Shown in pieces: positions 1-14,143 of a stretch of DNA of 64,000 nt (position 1 is its first letter; each line of letters opens with the position of its first letter). This DNA comes from Dictyostelium discoideum. Lineage: Eukaryota. The notes below the pieces were generated by a model. That model was not told the origin of the DNA. It ran no database searches and was given only the letters and a program-made list of their open reading frames with translations. Made by a program: the position numbers and the translations under genes. Where the stretch lies: NCBI GenBank assembly GCA_000004695.1, contig CM000153.2:3488001-3552000 (forward strand), read 5' to 3'.

Positions 1-375
1 GAAAATTCTATTTTTGTAATAAAAGATAGTGACTTTTCCACCATTGATCTCTTAGGTTATTCAATTTTAAATCAAAACACCATTGCCAACGATTTAATAT
101 ACATAGTAAATAGCAGTTTAAATTTAGATAATAGTGTAATTAGATCACCAATGTTAGTTCCTCAACATATAATTAATTCAATTAATAGTTCAGTTTCAAT
201 TATTAATTTTAACCTTACAATCAGCGAACTACCAATTGTTGGATTTAATTCAAATATACATCTATTTAGTTCAGTTTTCACAAACGATGTTTACTGTGGT
301 TGCCAAGGCTGCTCATTTTATATTCAATTGGATTTGGTTGACCCATTAGAATACTTATCTCAATGCAATCTCTAA
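1..375 (+). CDS. 3' part of a 'family L' glycoprotein paralogue; its 5' end lies outside the window. It ends 20 aa after the CGCxGCSFY motif and has no Thr/Pro stalk, TM segment or tail, so it is either a secreted or truncated variant or a pseudogene.
   Basis: The frame is open from base 1 to the stop at 373-375. The translation ...NSNIHLFSSVFTNDVYCGCQGCSFYIQLD aligns with the membrane-proximal 'SFCGCQNCSFY' / 'IYCGCEECKYF' region of the L genes at 2502-4259, 5674-7545 and 16616-18448. Confidence 0.5.
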   Translation, partial: ENSIFVIKDSDFSTIDLLGYSILNQNTIANDLIYIVNSSLNLDNSVIRSPMLVPQHIINSINSSVSIINFNLTISELPIVGFNSNIHLFSSVFTNDVYCGCQGCSFYIQLDLVDPLEYLSQCNL

Positions 376-591
376 ATTTATTAAATCTAAAGTAATAAAT
401 ATAAATATATTACTGTAAACGTGTTTTAAAAAAGAATTAATATTTAATTTTGAACAATTTTTCTTTTATATTCTAAATTTTCTTTTATTTTTTTATTTTT
501 ATTAATTTTTAAAAACAAAAAAAAACAATTGATTTTTAAAAAAGAGTTTAAAATAAAATTTATATCTTTTTATTTTTATTTATTTGATGTT

Positions 592-1392
592 TTAAAACAA
601 TTCTTTTAATCTGGTAAATAGTAATGATCTACTATAAAGAGTATTTACATTTTTAAAAATGAGCTTCAAATAAGAATTCATATTTCCCATATAATCTTCA
701 TCTGATGTAAGAGAATCAACATAAAATTCTACTTCTTCTTTACAAGTTGGCATTAAAGATAAAATATCACTAAGTTCATTTTTAATTAAATTAAAACGGT
801 TTGAAATTAAAATAACAGATTTGATAGCCAAATCATAATTATCTTTAACAACTTGAACAGTGGCTGCATTGGGAGTACTTGGTAATAAAGAATTTTTTGT
901 TGAATTCATTGCTGAGGCCAAAGATGTTGCTGATTGTTTTATTGTGTCAATGCTTGATTTTAAATTATTAATTGATGTTGAAATTGTATCAAATTTTGAG
1001 GTATCATAATTGGTGTATTTGGTAATTGTATTAATATAACCAATTGTATTGTTTAAACAAACAAGAGAAATGTTGTTGACTTCATTATATAATGATATTA
1101 AATTATTATAATGAGTAACGGCTCCAAATGCATTACTTGTCGAGAGGGCAACGATATTATTCAAATAATATTTACTAAATATAATATTAAATACATCACC
1201 TTGAACTTCATAACTCATAGCTTTTGAAAATTGTAAAGCATCAATTTGATTAGAGTATGTAGGTAATGCAGCACGGGGTATATCAGCAGGGTTAATAAGA
1301 TCTCTACCTATTGCGGGTATATAATTTGAAACCAATGAGTTTGAAAAACAAACTAAATAAAGAATAATGACCAAAGGAATTTGGAAAAACAT
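592..1392 (-). CDS. 'Family S' secreted protein of 266 aa: N-terminal signal peptide, no TM segment, N-glycosylation sequons. Paralogue of 8907-9686 and 15514-16284.
   Basis: Uninterrupted ORF with a hydrophobic N-terminus (MFFQIPLVIILYLVCFSNS). It shares the motifs IGRDLN..DIPRA..PT and FSKYYLNNIVALSTSN.FGA with the two other S copies. Its composition is much less AT-biased than the flanks. Confidence 0.7.
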   Translation of the reverse strand: MFFQIPLVIILYLVCFSNSLVSNYIPAIGRDLINPADIPRAALPTYSNQIDALQFSKAMSYEVQGDVFNIIFSKYYLNNIVALSTSNAFGAVTHYNNLISLYNEVNNISLVCLNNTIGYINTITKYTNYDTSKFDTISTSINNLKSSIDTIKQSATSLASAMNSTKNSLLPSTPNAATVQVVKDNYDLAIKSVILISNRFNLIKNELSDILSLMPTCKEEVEFYVDSLTSDEDYMGNMNSYLKLIFKNVNTLYSRSLLFTRLKELF

Positions 1393-1824
1393 TTTTAAAA
1401 TTTTAAAAAAATGTATAAATTAATGTAAATAATAATTTAAAGGATAAATATTTGAATATTTTATTATTGAATGAATGAAAATGATAATGGAATTTTTTTT
1501 TTTTTTGGTTTAAATAGTGGAATATTAATTTTTTAAAACCAAAGAAAAATGTGTATTTTTTTTTTTTGTCATTTGCAAAAATTATTACAAACATGATTGT
1601 TGAAGATTTTCTTGGAATGGGTTTTTTTCTTTTTTTTTGTTCAACACCTTAACATATTTTTCTTTTTGTTTAAAGAGTTGTGATGTGATCACAGGATTAT
1701 TCCTTGATATCAAAAAAAAAACCTGGCCAATAAGGATTAAAAAAAATCTTTTAAAATTCCAGGAAAACAATGAATTATGTAAAATTTTTCTAATTTTTTA
1801 ATTTAATAAAGAAAAAAAGAAATG

Positions 1825-1870
<46 letters not shown>

Positions 1871-2501
1871 AAAAAATAAAAATGATTAAAAAAATTACTA
1901 AATCAAAGAAAGTTTAATTTTATTTGTTTGTATTTTTAAATTTTAATTAAAAAAACCAATATGCTTTTTAGTGTTTAAAATTTTTTATTAAAGAAAAAAA
2001 AAATAAAAAAAAAAAAATAAATAAATAATATATAATAAAAATAACTCCAAACAAAAGTAAATAAAGGAAAAAAAAAAAAAAAAAAAAAAAAAAATAATAA
2101 CTCTATGCAACTAACGAAAAGGAGTATCCCTAAGAGGACCTGATTTATTTTTGATTGTTTTTTAATTTTAATTTTAATTTTATTTTTTAAATTAATATTA
2201 TTTTTTCTTGGTTTAAATTATTAGTTATTATTATTTATTGTCACTAAAATGAGTTTGTAAAAAATGAAGATTTGTTTATTGGCAATTTAAAAACTTTTAT
2301 TAACCGTTACACCATTTTATCTAGTCATTTAATCTTATATTTAAGATTTATAATCTATGTTATTTTTTTTTTTTTTTGAAAAGATTTAGCTACTTCATGG
2401 GCTCCCAAATTTAACAAGGATCTAAATTTAATTGAAATTTACTGATTCATTAATCTTTCTAACCACTACTTAAAATTCTATAAGATTTATTCAATGATAG
2501 A

Positions 2502-4259
2502 TTATAACTGTTCTAGTTGTGCAAAATCTTCATACTCTTGTTCATAAGCCACTACCGATATGTCAATGGTCGGAGAAACTGCTTTTTCATCCTCATCTGC
2601 AACAGCAATACATGGGCTATCATTAAGTATGCTATCATTTGAACTAATTTTATCATGATTATGGAGTTGTGAGTTTGAGATATATTTATTATTTTTATGT
2701 CTTTTATAAATGAATGAGAATATAATAAGACATGCGATAGATGCAATACCTAAAATTGAAATAATAATAGAAATGTTCCTTGATCTGCTACTTTTAGGAG
2801 AGTTTGGCGTTGAAGTTGATGTTGGTGCTGATGTTTGAGTTGATGTTTCGGTTGATGGATTTTCTGTTGGTTGATCTGTTGGTGTGTCTGTTGGATTAGA
2901 ACTACAAATATAGTTTGTGGTATCATGTATGGTTTCTCCTAAATAAAAGCTGCAATTTTGGCAACCACAAAAGGATTTGTTTGTAAAAGTGATATGACCA
3001 AAAAAAAATATGGAGGAGTTACTTCCAATAATGGGTGTATCAGAACTACTTAGGTCCAAACCAGATAAACTGACTGAACTACTTTCTGTTTTTAAAAAAT
3101 AATTGGGTGATATAAGCGAAGAAATTTCAATGAATGCAAAAGAGAGTGAACTGTTTTCAACAAAAACTAAAAAGTTTTCAATTGAATTTAAGGAAAGAGT
3201 TGATTGCAAACAATCTTTAATTTCTACGTGGCTCTTTTTGATTACTGCAAATGAATCTTCATATTCAAGTCCAAGATATTTATTTCTGTGATAAAATGGT
3301 GTTTGTGTGGTATTCTCGTATTCAAAGTTAAATAGTGTTGCGCCATTGCAATCATATAAATATATGAATGTGGAGAGTTGGTTGTTTTTGAAAATCAATG
3401 CTTTCAGTGTGACCAAGGAGCTGATTGACAAAATGAATGGATTCACAGAGAAATTAATGTTTGATATTTTTTGAATTGGAATATATATCTCTCCACCTTG
3501 GATAAAAACAAACGGAGTAGACAAGAATGTTCCATTATCTATATTCATACCTCTATTAATAAAACCACCGACCACATAAATAGGTGGTACATAATCGGTA
3601 ACTGAACCTGGTGCAAACAGACTTGAAGACGACTTTAAGTTATAACCTAAGGTTGATATAAAATGTACAGTGGTGAACCTTGCGTTGTAAATCTGGCCTA
3701 AATTCTTTGGATAAACCATTAATATGCTACTTGATGAATATATATTTACACGATTGAAATAAAGAGCAAACGATTTTGAATTGTTAGTTGAAGTTAAATT
3801 TATTTCTTGATTAATGTTGATTTTTGCAATTGTTTGATCCCAATTTAAATGTCTTTGCGATGTACATGAATAGGTTGAATTTGGTTGATCTGGCTCTTCA
3901 ATATTGAGAAATGGTAGTTGCGTTGAGTTCCAACCATCAATGTTAATAGATACATTATCACTACTTGATTTAATATATAAAGTACCACAATAATTATATA
4001 AATTTCCCAATGAAACAGGTGTTGATCCATTAATATCACTATTAATAACAATACTATTATTACTTGTACTGGTTTTTGATAATAAAATAGCTCTATTTGA
4101 AGCATCTTCAAATGATGTACAAACTGGTTGATTATCTACACCACATTCTTCAAAAGAATTGTAATTTCTTTCAACATTATAATTAACTTTAATATCTGTT
4201 GCAACGCAAATATTTAATAAAAAAAATAATAAATAAAAATATTTTAATTTTTCAATCAT
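2502..4259 (-). CDS. 'Family L' type-I membrane glycoprotein of 585 aa. It has a signal peptide, a roughly 450-aa NxS/T-rich ectodomain, a CGCxxCxF motif, a Thr/Pro/Ser stalk, one TM segment, and a short acidic tail carrying DEKAVSPTIDxxVVAYE.
   Basis: Single long ORF. The N-terminus MIEKLKYFYLLFFLLNICVAT is a signal peptide. TDTPTDQPTENPSTETSTQTSAPTSTSTP is a mucin-like stalk. IIISILGIASIACLIIFSFIY is the TM segment. The protein is paralogous to 5674-7545 and 16616-18448. Confidence 0.8.
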   Translation of the reverse strand: MIEKLKYFYLLFFLLNICVATDIKVNYNVERNYNSFEECGVDNQPVCTSFEDASNRAILLSKTSTSNNSIVINSDINGSTPVSLGNLYNYCGTLYIKSSSDNVSINIDGWNSTQLPFLNIEEPDQPNSTYSCTSQRHLNWDQTIAKININQEINLTSTNNSKSFALYFNRVNIYSSSSILMVYPKNLGQIYNARFTTVHFISTLGYNLKSSSSLFAPGSVTDYVPPIYVVGGFINRGMNIDNGTFLSTPFVFIQGGEIYIPIQKISNINFSVNPFILSISSLVTLKALIFKNNQLSTFIYLYDCNGATLFNFEYENTTQTPFYHRNKYLGLEYEDSFAVIKKSHVEIKDCLQSTLSLNSIENFLVFVENSSLSFAFIEISSLISPNYFLKTESSSVSLSGLDLSSSDTPIIGSNSSIFFFGHITFTNKSFCGCQNCSFYLGETIHDTTNYICSSNPTDTPTDQPTENPSTETSTQTSAPTSTSTPNSPKSSRSRNISIIISILGIASIACLIIFSFIYKRHKNNKYISNSQLHNHDKISSNDSILNDSPCIAVADEDEKAVSPTIDISVVAYEQEYEDFAQLEQL

Positions 4260-4366
4260 AAATGAAGTTAATAGTTTAATATTTTTATATATATATTTTT
4301 AAAAAATTTTACTATAATAACATTAAAAAAAAAAGATCAAATCTCATAATAATTTTTTTCAACTCG

Positions 4367-4402
<36 letters not shown>

Positions 4403-4496
4403 CCAAAAACAGCGTTTTTTTCTCTTAAGAAGCAGTTGAACTTGATTTTTATTTTAAAAAATTTTTGAGAACTTATTTGGGCTTTAATTTTGGCCC

Positions 4497-4547
<51 letters not shown>

Positions 4548-4740
4548 AAAAAATATAAATATAAAAACTAAAAGAAACCTTAGTTTGAGAATTAAAAATT
4601 ATATAGGTTTAAAACAAAATTTTTTTTTTTCTTTATTTCTTTTTTATTTTTTTTATTTTAAAAGATAAAAGATAATCACTTTTTTTTTTTTTTTTTTTTT
4701 TTTTTTTCTTTCTTGATAATAATACAGTGTAAAAACGATA

Positions 4741-5655
4741 TGAGATCATGAAGTTGAGTTAACCATATCCAGCATAATCTTCAAATTGACGTTCATAGTC
4801 TACCACATGCTATAGATCAAGCCCAAAATAACTGTAACAATGATAATATTCCTAGTCTTACTATCAATTGGACTTGTTGTTGTTGATGTTGATGGTAATG
4901 TAGTTGAGGTAGTTATAGTTGTTGTAGTTGATGTTGTAGTTGTAGTTGATGTTGTTAAAGCTGATGTGGTTGGTGTTGTTGCAGCTGAAGTAGTTGATGT
5001 TGTTCCAGCTGATGCGTTTGATGTTGTTGAAGTAGTTGTGGTTGATGTTGTGGAAGCAAATGTAGTAGATGTTGTTGAGGTTGTTGGTGTCGGTGTCAGT
5101 GTCGGATCAATGCAAGTGTGGTTAACGATGGGAATAAATTGAGAACCATATATAAGAAAATATTTACATTCTTCACAACCACAATAAATGTTATTTAATT
5201 TAGTGCTTTTTTTTGATAAATTCACATCTGAATTATTTCCAATCCCAACTTGTGAAATTCATATATTGAAAGAAGAGCCATCTTGAACATGATTGAGTTT
5301 GGTTATTTTCTTCTTCTGGTTCATATGTCAGAAATGGTTGGGTTGAGCTTGATCCTCGATTATTGTATAATTATTATTTTCATTATTGATATTTTCTGAA
5401 GTGATCCACAAGGCACCACAATAATTACCCAATGTAATTTGTTCTGATGTTACACTTATATTACCAATGATACCAATACAAACACGACTATTATTTGATA
5501 TTAATAAAAATGCTCTATTAACAGCATCTTTGAGTGATGTGCATATAGGTTCATTATTCATACCACATCCTTTTGATGAATTATAAACAGTTGGGATGTT
5601 GTAATTTAATAAAATCGTTGAATTTGGGCATAGCGGCGATGAAATATTTGCCATA
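4741..5655 (-). pseudogene. Promoterless, internally deleted tandem duplicate of the neighbouring L gene (5674-7545). It keeps the ectodomain N-terminus, the CGC/stalk/TM region and the 3' flank. It lacks the signal peptide, about 0.8 kb of ectodomain and part of the tail.
   Basis: Near-identical nucleotide blocks: 5281-5640 vs 7111-7470, 5165-5260 vs 6185-6290, 4810-4880 vs 5868-5940, 4741-4808 vs 5656-5725. The ORF fragments 5328-5654 and 4800-5225 match the N- and C-terminal parts of the 623-aa protein. The duplicate reading frame starts MANISS with no signal peptide, directly abutting the 3' flank sequence of the parent gene. Confidence 0.7.
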
Positions 5656-5673
5656 TGAGATCATGAAGATGAA

Positions 5674-7545
5674 TTAGTCATATTCAGCATAATCTTCAAA
5701 TTGATGTTCATAGGCTACCAATGTGAGATCAATAGTTGGAGATACTGCTTTCTCATCTTCTTCAGCCACAGCATATAGGTTACTATCAAAGCTCGGTTTT
5801 TCAGTGGATGAGGTATGTGATATGAATCTCCTATTTTTATACATTTTATAGATTAATGAGAATATTATGAGAGATGCTATAGACGCAGTGCCCAAAATAA
5901 CCGTAACAATAATAATATTCCTAGTCTTACTATCAATTGGACTTGTTGTTGTTGTTGTTGATGATGATAATGATGATGATAATGTAGTTGAGCTTGTTGC
6001 AGCTGATGTAGTTGATGTTGTTCCAGCTGATGTAGTTGATGTTGTTGGAGTAGCTGTGGTTGATGTTGTTGAAGCCAATGTAGTTGATGTTGTTGAGGTT
6101 GAGGTTATTGTTGTTGTTGGTGTAGGTGTTGGTGTTGGTGTCGGATCAATGCAAGTGTGGTTAACGATGGGAATAAATTGATAACCATATATAAGAAAAT
6201 ATTTACATTCTTCACAACCACAATAAATGTTATTTAATTTAGTGCTTTTTTCTGATAAATTCACATCTGAATTATTTCCAATCACTGGAAACATATTTGA
6301 TTGTCCACCTACAGCATCTTGTAAACTGACTGAACTATTGATAATGATAAGTATATGATCCACTTGGATTGGAAATAAACTACTATATGTTATTTTTAAA
6401 GAACTTTCTTCTGCAAAAAATAGACAGTGTACAGAGACATTTGGATTGAGTCTGTTGACCAAATAATTTTTTATACCAAATGTTTTGCCACTGGAATTCT
6501 TCATTGTTATTGATGAATTCTCTAATTGGTATCCTAAATAACTCTTTCTTTGATAATTGAGTGGACTTGATACATTTTTGAAGTATATACGACTAAATAG
6601 ATCTCTTTCAGTGGTTTGTGGGAACTGTGAGATAAAGAGAAATGTACTCATTATAGTGTTGGAGAAATTAGAGTGACCAATAAAATCCAAGCTTGAATTA
6701 ATGAGAAACATGAATGGATTCTCGAAGAAATTACAATTTTCTATCGTTGATTCAGCAGAATATACAAATGATCCTTTTTCGATGTATATAAATGGAATTG
6801 CTTCTAATACACTATCAAATAAACTTAAATTGAAAGTAATTGAACCACCCATCACATAAATTGGTGATATAAAATCGGTCAAGGAATTTGGAGCTAAAAT
6901 GGTGGGCGGTTTTAGGTTGAACACTTTTGTATAAGTAAAGCCTATCCTCAAAGATTGATAGTTATAAATAAAAGCAATACTTCTTGGTGAAATTATATTA
7001 CAACTTTCGAAATATATGAAACTTGATTGTTTCTCGGAATTATCTGAAATTTGATTGGTCACAGAGACAATTGGTCTATCCCAATTTGTAAAATTTATAT
7101 ATTGAAAGAAGAACCATCTTGAACATGATTGAGTTTGATTATTTTCCTCTTCTGGTTCATATGTCAGAAATGGTTGGGTTGAGCTTGATCCATCGATTAT
7201 TGTATAATTATTATTTTCATTATTGATATTTTCTGAAGTGATCCACAAGGCACCACAATAATTACCCAATGTAATTTGTTCTGATGTTACATTTATATTA
7301 CCAATGATACCAATACAAACACGACTATTATTTGATATTAATAAAAATGCTCTGCTAACAGCATCTTTGAGTGATGTGCATATCGGCTCGTTATTAAAAC
7401 CACATCCTTCTGATGAATTATAAACCGTTAGGATGTTGTAATTTAATAAAATCGTTGAATTTGGGCATAGCGGCGCTGAAACCACAAAAACAATTTTTAA
7501 AAATATTGCAAACAAAATTGAAAAATTATTTGATTTTCTAATCAT
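5674..7545 (-). CDS. 'Family L' type-I membrane glycoprotein of 623 aa, parent copy of the adjacent pseudogene.
   Basis: Single ORF. The signal peptide is MIRKSNNFSILFAIFLKIVFVVSA. It has many NxS/T sequons, the IYCGCEECKYF motif, a (TP)n/Thr-Ser stalk, the TM segment IIIVTVILGTASIASLIIFSLIY, and the tail ...EEDEKAVSPTIDLTLVAYEHQFEDYAEYD. Confidence 0.8.
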   Translation of the reverse strand: MIRKSNNFSILFAIFLKIVFVVSAPLCPNSTILLNYNILTVYNSSEGCGFNNEPICTSLKDAVSRAFLLISNNSRVCIGIIGNINVTSEQITLGNYCGALWITSENINNENNNYTIIDGSSSTQPFLTYEPEEENNQTQSCSRWFFFQYINFTNWDRPIVSVTNQISDNSEKQSSFIYFESCNIISPRSIAFIYNYQSLRIGFTYTKVFNLKPPTILAPNSLTDFISPIYVMGGSITFNLSLFDSVLEAIPFIYIEKGSFVYSAESTIENCNFFENPFMFLINSSLDFIGHSNFSNTIMSTFLFISQFPQTTERDLFSRIYFKNVSSPLNYQRKSYLGYQLENSSITMKNSSGKTFGIKNYLVNRLNPNVSVHCLFFAEESSLKITYSSLFPIQVDHILIIINSSVSLQDAVGGQSNMFPVIGNNSDVNLSEKSTKLNNIYCGCEECKYFLIYGYQFIPIVNHTCIDPTPTPTPTPTTTITSTSTTSTTLASTTSTTATPTTSTTSAGTTSTTSAATSSTTLSSSLSSSTTTTTSPIDSKTRNIIIVTVILGTASIASLIIFSLIYKMYKNRRFISHTSSTEKPSFDSNLYAVAEEDEKAVSPTIDLTLVAYEHQFEDYAEYD

Positions 7546-7635
7546 ATATTAATAAATTTACAAAGAAAACTGTTTTTTTTGATGTGAGCAAAAAAATTTT
7601 TAAACCTTTTTTTTCATCAATATTTATTTTTTTTT

Positions 7636-7671
<36 letters not shown>

Positions 7672-7890
7672 AATCGGTGGGGAGGAGACACCCAAAGTGA
7701 TTGAAAAAAAAAAAAAAAAAGAAAACAATAAAAAAAAAAAAAAAAAAACAAAAAAATAAAAAAAAAAAAAAAAATCTGAAGTTCTTCCAATATAAACAAG
7801 AAAATAAAGAAGTATAATAAATAATCAAAATAAAAAAAAAAAAATAAAAAAAAATTAAAATAAAAAATTATTTAATATTATTTATTTGTA

Positions 7891-7944
<54 letters not shown>

Positions 7945-7962
7945 ATTTAATATTATTTTTGT

Positions 7963-7997
<35 letters not shown>

Positions 7998-8018
7998 TAA
8001 AAAAGTTTAAAAAAAAAA

Positions 8019-8093
<75 letters not shown>

Positions 8094-8906
8094 AAAACTG
8101 AAAAGCTGGTCCATTTGCACAAGTTTGCATTTTTTTATTTTTATTTTTTTTTTTGTTGCCAAAAAGTATCATTTAATTATGGATGCGAGGCTTTTGGTAG
8201 TTGCGCTAGTTTGTGAGATTTCAAATTTAGTGTGGAATTGTTAACAAATTTTTTTGTATGCTTTTTCTTATGTTAGGTACATTAAAATTTAATGATCTTA
8301 ATTTTTTGAGGGCTTTAAAATTAAACAATTGTTAGAAAAATAATGTGGGGTTTTTTAAAAAAATAAAAAACTAATCTTGAAAATAATATTTTGTGGTTGA
8401 ATAATTTTTTTAAACACACGCAAAATGGGTTGTAAAACAAAAAAAAACGAAACAATTTGTCGATAATCACCTACCACCATGGATTTTCATCTCCAAAAAA
8501 AAAACAAATAATAAAAAAAAAAAAAAAAAAAAAGCCATCCCCTTAAAATATATTATTTTATTGATATTAATAGGGTTTTCTTTTGAGTTTAAAAATACTG
8601 TATAGTTTCGCAAAAAAATGCATCTTCATATTTTAAGTGTAAGAAGTTTCTTGGTTTTAGGAAATTAATTGATACCAATAATTAAAAATTATTTAACGAG
8701 TTTTTTTAAAAATTCTTATTTAAACAAAATTTTTTTTTTTTTTATTCATTAAATTCAAAATTAAAAATAATAAATATATAAATACAAATAAATAAATATA
8801 AATTATTAAATTAAATAAATAAATAAAAAAATAAAAATCAAATAGAATAATTATTACATTTCTCTTTAAAATAAAATCTTTTCTATAAATAAATAATATA
8901 AATAAA
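7546..8906. promoter_or_regulatory. Divergent (head-to-head) intergenic region shared by the L gene 5674-7545 (-) and the S gene 8907-9686 (+). It contains a roughly 450-bp block of normal-complexity sequence (8100-8520) flanked by homopolymer runs.
   Basis: The two start codons point away from each other across this interval. Bases 8100-8520 have clearly higher GC and complexity (e.g. gctggtccatttgcacaagtttgc, ggatgcgaggcttttggtagttgcgctagtttgtgag) than typical intergenic poly-A/T. No ORF is present. Confidence 0.4.
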
Positions 8907-9686
8907 ATGAACAAATCTATTTTCTTTAAAATAATCATATTTTTCTCTTTATTCAGTTTTTCAAATTGCATAATAACAGATTATGTATTTTCTATTGGCC
9001 ATAATTTAAACTCCCCAGTTGATATTCCTCGTGCTGCCGTTCCTACTTTCGACAATCCATTGAATGAAAATATTGGTCATCTCCCATCAAGTGTATATAA
9101 TATTACACTTTCCACATTTTATTTAAATAACATTGTGTCTCTCTCAACAAACAATCAATTTGGTGCCTTGTTCCATTATAATAATTTAAATGCTTTATTT
9201 ACCAAAATGAATAACATAACCAAAGTAAATCTAAATAAAGCCTATAATGATATCAATGCTATTGGAAAGTTTTCAACTTTAAATCAAATAACTATCATTC
9301 AAATTAGAGAATATTGGCTAAATGCCCAATCAAATTATCATATTCTCCAAAATACTATAACCTCATTAATCATTTCTATTCAACAAACAAAAAATAATTT
9401 GCTCGTAAACTCTCCAAATTCTAATTTATATAATATTGTATTAAATAATTACGAGATCTCTATTAATGGATTAATACAACTAAATTCAACATTTCAAAAT
9501 ATTAAAACTACTCTTGATATTACTTATTCAGCCTTTAGTTTAATACTACAACAAAACCTAGAGTATAATCAAAGTCCTTTCAATGAAGCATATTACATAA
9601 CAAAATTAAATGAAGGATTAAAGGAATTATTGAAAAGTTTCAACAGTTTTTATCTTCAATCATTTTTATTGTGTAGATTAATATAA
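8907..9686 (+). CDS. 'Family S' secreted protein, 259 aa.
   Basis: ORF with signal peptide MNKSIFFKIIIFFSLFSFSNC. It carries the family motifs IGHNLNSPVDIPRAAVPT and TFYLNNIVSLSTNNQFGA. Confidence 0.7.
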   Translation: MNKSIFFKIIIFFSLFSFSNCIITDYVFSIGHNLNSPVDIPRAAVPTFDNPLNENIGHLPSSVYNITLSTFYLNNIVSLSTNNQFGALFHYNNLNALFTKMNNITKVNLNKAYNDINAIGKFSTLNQITIIQIREYWLNAQSNYHILQNTITSLIISIQQTKNNLLVNSPNSNLYNIVLNNYEISINGLIQLNSTFQNIKTTLDITYSAFSLILQQNLEYNQSPFNEAYYITKLNEGLKELLKSFNSFYLQSFLLCRLI

Positions 9687-10173
9687 TAATAAATAAATAT
9701 ATAAATAAAATTCATATAATAATTAGTTTTTTAAATTGTAATTATAATATTATTATTATTATTATTATTTTTTTCAAATAATTTTAAATTAGATAAATAT
9801 GGGTACAAAAAAAAAGCATATCCAAAAAATGGTTTTTTTAAGTATAATTCCATTGGAGGTTTAGATCTTTGGGGTTTTTTTTTTTTTTTTTTTTTTTGTA
9901 TTTATAGTAATAATTTATAATTTGTAATAGAAGTAAAATAAAAAAAAAAAAAAAAAAAAAATGTGTTTACATGTAAATTTACAACTATTAAAAAAAAAAA
10001 TTTATCCTTTTATTATTATTATTTAAATGTAAAGGTTTTTGAAAAATTAATTTTCTTTCTCTTCTAATTTTGCTTTTTCATCTTCAATTTGATCATCTTC
10101 AATTTTTTGCTCTCGTTCTTTTTCATATTGTTTTCTTCTTGTTTTTGTTTTTCATTATCATTATTATTATTAT

Positions 10174-13384
<3,211 letters not shown>

Positions 13385-13634
13385 ATTTTATTTAATGATT
13401 TTATTTTATTTGAAATGGAGAGAGAGAGAGATAGGACTGAAATTTATTAATTTCAATTTATACTAAATACATTATTTCATTTCGTTTGAAGAAAAAACGA
13501 CTTAAAAAAATAAAATTTTATTTTTTTTTTTTTTTTAATTTTTTTTTTTTTTTTTTTATTTTTTTTTTTTATTTTTTATTTTTTTTTTTTTTTTTTTTAT
13601 TTTTTTTTTATTTTTTATATTTTATCTTGAATAT

Positions 13635-13679
<45 letters not shown>

Positions 13680-14102
13680 TAAATACTGTTTTTATGGCAC
13701 CTATCGATCTAAATTTATTGTTCAATGAATAAATTAAATAAAATGAATAATAAAATTAAAAATAAAATCAAAATATTCAATAATTTCCATTTTTAAAATT
13801 ATTTATCAACCCAACAAAACCTTCAGTAGAAATTACCAATTTGGCCGAAAAAAAAAAATAAAAAAAAAAAAAAAAAATTAAATTTTATCATAATTATTAA
13901 TAATGTAACGAAACCTATAGTTGTTCGTTAAAATTATTAAATTATTAACTCACTTCGTTCATTATTATAATTATTATTTCTAAAATTAGTATATTATTTT
14001 AATTATTCTCTTTTAGTAAATTATGTCAACTCATTTTGTATAAAATGAAAATGAAAATTTTTTTTTCTGTTTTATTAGATATCTCAATAATTAAATATAT
14101 TA

Positions 14103-14143
<41 letters not shown>

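Noticed and set aside
4840-5142. Antisense or alternative-frame ORFs lying inside real genes. Examples: 4840-5142 (+), 5867-6181 (+), 12723-12999 (+), 10470-10916 (+), 11550-11732 (+), 18026-18411 (-), 23574-23762 (+), 28433-28732 (+), 33607-33834 (-), 34143-34400 (+), 35686-35877 (-), 37012-37245 (-), 57554-58018 (-), 58054-58260 (-), 60213-60685 (+), 59467-59661 (+).
   Set aside because: They are mirror or shifted frames of codon-repeat regions (poly-V from poly-T/N codons, HF/YY repeats, and similar) within well-supported genes on the other strand or frame.
7538-7828. ORFs of 60-175 aa made almost entirely of F, K, I, L or N. Examples: 7538-7828, 7617-7799, 10283-10465, 13486-13674, 30912-31436, 40368-40598, 48012-48321, 50124-50315, 52519-52710, 53211-53468, 44232-44426.
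   Set aside because: These are translations of poly(T)/poly(A)/(ATT)n tracts in intergenic or intronic DNA. They have no start context, no compositional shift toward coding, and no conservation.
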